In this document: positions 61,931 through 64,000 of the stretch, piece after piece
How the letters are laid out: each line of letters begins with the position of its first letter
Position numbering within the stretch: position 1 is the first letter of the stretch
Assembly: GCA_019694435.1 (NCBI GenBank)
Contig: JAIBBZ010000017.1
Coordinates: 41,565 to 105,564 of the forward strand
Source of the DNA: Pirellulales bacterium
GTDB lineage: Bacteria > Planctomycetota > Planctomycetia > Pirellulales > JAEUIK01
Length of the DNA: 64,000 nt
Direction: 5' to 3'
The notes under the pieces: generated by a model
What the model was told of the DNA's origin: nothing
Databases searched by the model: none
What the model saw: the letters and a program-made list of their open reading frames with translations, nothing else
Program-made: the position numbers and the translations under genes

Positions 61931-64000
61931 TTAGGCCGGTGTCTTGGCCTTTCCGCGCGGCTTGGCGGCCGGTTTGGCCGGCTTGGCCTTGGCGACCTTG
62001 GCCGGTTTGCCCTCGCCAGTGCCCGGGCCGCCCGTGCCAGGCAGTTCCGGCATGCGACGCACAAGCGGCGTATCGACCCCGTTGACCACGGTGCCGAGCA
62101 CGGCAATGCCGACCGATTCCAGGCGCTCGCAGGCCTCGTAGACCTTGGGAGCACGGCTGGACGACCGCAACACCGACAGGACCACGCCGTCGGCATGTTG
62201 GCCGACCGTCAGCGTATCGGCCGTGCTGAGCACCGGAGCGGCGTCGATCACGACGTAATCGAACTCGCAGCGCATCCGGGCAAAGAGTTGCCGCAATTCG
62301 TTCTTGGCCAGGGCATGGATGCATTCGCGGCAAACCTTGCCAGCCGCGACGATCCAGAGCCCGGCGGCACGCGTCGGCCGAATGGCATCGTCCAGTTCGG
62401 TCTCACCGCGGAGCACTTCGCACAAGCCGGGTTCCAGCGGCATTTCGTACAGGCGATGCGCCGATGGGCTGCGCAGGTCGGCATCGACCAGCAGCGTGCG
62501 GCGCCCGGCGCGGGCCAGGCTGGCGGCCAACTGCGTGGCGACCGTGGTCTTGCCCTCGCGTGCCACGGCGCTGGTGACCAGGATCACGCGGAGCGAGTCG
62601 CCGCGTTCGCTGTGCAGCAGCGAGGTGCGAATCCCGTCGATCGATTCAGCGAGCATGCCGCGGACCGCCGCGCCCCGCGCCCCACGCGTCGACAGGTGCG
62701 GCAGGACGCCGATCACCTTCATGCCCAGGCCCTCGCCAACCTCGTTCACGTTGGCGATCCGGCGGGAGTTGAACTCGAGCAGCGCCACACCGACCAGCGA
62801 ACCCAGCATGCCCAGCACGCCGCAGATCAGCACGATGCCGTACTTGGTCATCAAATTGTTGCCCTGGATCGCCGCTGGATCGAGCAGGCGGACGCGTTCC
62901 GGCGAATCGAGCTCGATGCGCAACTGGTTCACTTCTGTGGCGATTTTGGCGGTGACCTCTTCGAGCTCTTTGAGCTCGGCCGATTTCGATTGCAACTCGG
63001 AGGACTGCTTGGTGAGATTGACCACCTGCGCTTGCATCCCCGCCAGACGGTCTTCCGCCTTGCGCAGGTGATCGCGGCGCAGCTTCAGTTCGACGTTGTA
63101 ATTGGCCAACTCGTTGCGTGTCTTGGTGACGTTTTCCTGCTTGACGAGCACGATCAGCTCTTGCCGGGCCTGGGCACGGCGCTGGGCCATGTCGTCCTGG
63201 AGCTGCGCGAGTTTGTCTTCCATTGCCTGCAACATGCGGTTTGCAGCCGAGGCATTGCCCCGGGCCGTGGCCCGGCGTGACTCAAAGGCCACGCGCAAAT
63301 CCATCAGGTTCTTTTGCAGGGCCTGATACTCGACGTTGTCCTTGAGGTACTCGTCGATCATGGCCTCGGTAACCAGCGGCTCTTCGCTCTGGGCCTGGTT
63401 CAGCTTGGCAGTCGACAAGCCAACCTGCATTTCCAGGTCGTTGACGTGGCGCTTGGCAATGATCACTTCTTCGTGCGTGGTCAGCAGGTCGCGGTCGAAG
63501 GCCTCGAGCTTGCGCTTGACCGACTCGTTGCTGATCGAGCCGGTGCTCGCCGCGAGCGTTTCGATCTTTTCCCGCATCGAGGTGATTTCGCCGCGGTTCT
63601 TACGCAAGATGTCATTGAGCTTGGTGTACCTGGCGTCTCGGACCAGCCGATCTTGGCCGACGACTTCTTTGAGATACGCCTTGACGACGCCGTCGACGAT
63701 TTCCTTCAATTCGCCCGGGTCCTGGCCCCAAAGCGACACGCTCAGCAACTGGCCGTCGCCCGGGAACGACGCCACGATGTTCTTCGCCAGGAAGGTTACC
63801 TGATCTGCCTCGGCCATGATCATCGGCGCCTTACCGACGTTTTCGTCGCGCAGAGCCACGTTCAGTACGAACGGGTTGGTCATCATCGTGGTCTGTGTGC
63901 GCTTGAACGTGACGAATTCTTCCGGTCCCACCCGTTCCGCAAAAATGTTGGCCGGCGGCATGATCTCGGCGCGCAACCAGCTCGTGGCCTGATACTTCGT
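61931..64000 (-). CDS. wzc: Wzc-like polysaccharide co-polymerase / BY-kinase (5'-truncated by window edge)
   Basis: Long periplasmic coiled coil, TM helix, Walker A SAVAREGKTT, A' VDADLR, B VIDAAP. The frame is open to position 64000. Confidence 0.88.
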   Translation of the reverse strand, partial: TKYQATSWLRAEIMPPANIFAERVGPEEFVTFKRTQTTMMTNPFVLNVALRDENVGKAPMIMAEADQVTFLAKNIVASFPGDGQLLSVSLWGQDPGELKEIVDGVVKAYLKEVVGQDRLVRDARYTKLNDILRKNRGEITSMREKIETLAASTGSISNESVKRKLEAFDRDLLTTHEEVIIAKRHVNDLEMQVGLSTAKLNQAQSEEPLVTEAMIDEYLKDNVEYQALQKNLMDLRVAFESRRATARGNASAANRMLQAMEDKLAQLQDDMAQRRAQARQELIVLVKQENVTKTRNELANYNVELKLRRDHLRKAEDRLAGMQAQVVNLTKQSSELQSKSAELKELEEVTAKIATEVNQLRIELDSPERVRLLDPAAIQGNNLMTKYGIVLICGVLGMLGSLVGVALLEFNSRRIANVNEVGEGLGMKVIGVLPHLSTRGARGAAVRGMLAESIDGIRTSLLHSERGDSLRVILVTSAVAREGKTTVATQLAASLARAGRRTLLVDADLRSPSAHRLYEMPLEPGLCEVLRGETELDDAIRPTRAAGLWIVAAGKVCRECIHALAKNELRQLFARMRCEFDYVVIDAAPVLSTADTLTVGQHADGVVLSVLRSSSRAPKVYEACERLESVGIAVLGTVVNGVDTPLVRRMPELPGTGGPGTGEGKPAKVAKAKPAKPAAKPRGKAKTPA

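Noticed and set aside
1..64000. CRISPR array, tRNA/rRNA, IS, integrase or prophage genes
   Set aside because: No spaced direct repeats, cloverleaf or rRNA signatures, or transposase/integrase motifs were recognised by eye. A covariance-model scan would be needed to exclude small ncRNAs.

Overview
High-GC bacterial DNA with a gene inventory typical of Planctomycetota, probably Pirellulales-like (inferred from gene families, not verified). Almost all real genes are on the minus strand. Positions 1-13.3 kb hold a DUF1501 / PPC-domain / DUF1549-DUF1553 / cytochrome-c-WD40 operon with a clear sigma70 promoter, followed by csrA, a DUF6807/'PmoA'-family protein, a J-domain+LRR protein and hypotheticals. 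Positions 13.4-64 kb hold a very large Wzx/Wzy/Wzc surface-glycan locus. It includes exosortase-associated EpsI and TIGR03790-like genes, a NusG-paralogue antiterminator, PglF-like and DegT-like enzymes, a nonulosonic acid (neuBCA) cassette, four GT4 enzymes and many tailoring enzymes. The most striking element is at 16-29 kb, where two apparent trans-membrane acyl-relay modules sit together. (i) A proline-type stand-alone A domain, a carrier protein and a prolyl-PCP dehydrogenase (pyrrole-2-carbonyl cassette) are co-transcribed with an MBOAT-SGNH fusion and a second SGNH protein, with no PKS/NRPS present. (ii) An sxtI/J/K-like carbamoyltransferase trio has a small membrane peptide ending in FIYTLF, which matches the DltX/AlgI tyrosine-shuttle hexapeptide. 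Together these suggest pyrrolyl- and carbamoyl-decoration of an envelope glycan (inference). I found no rRNA, tRNA, CRISPR array or mobile element. All family calls come from motif recognition by eye, with no database searches.
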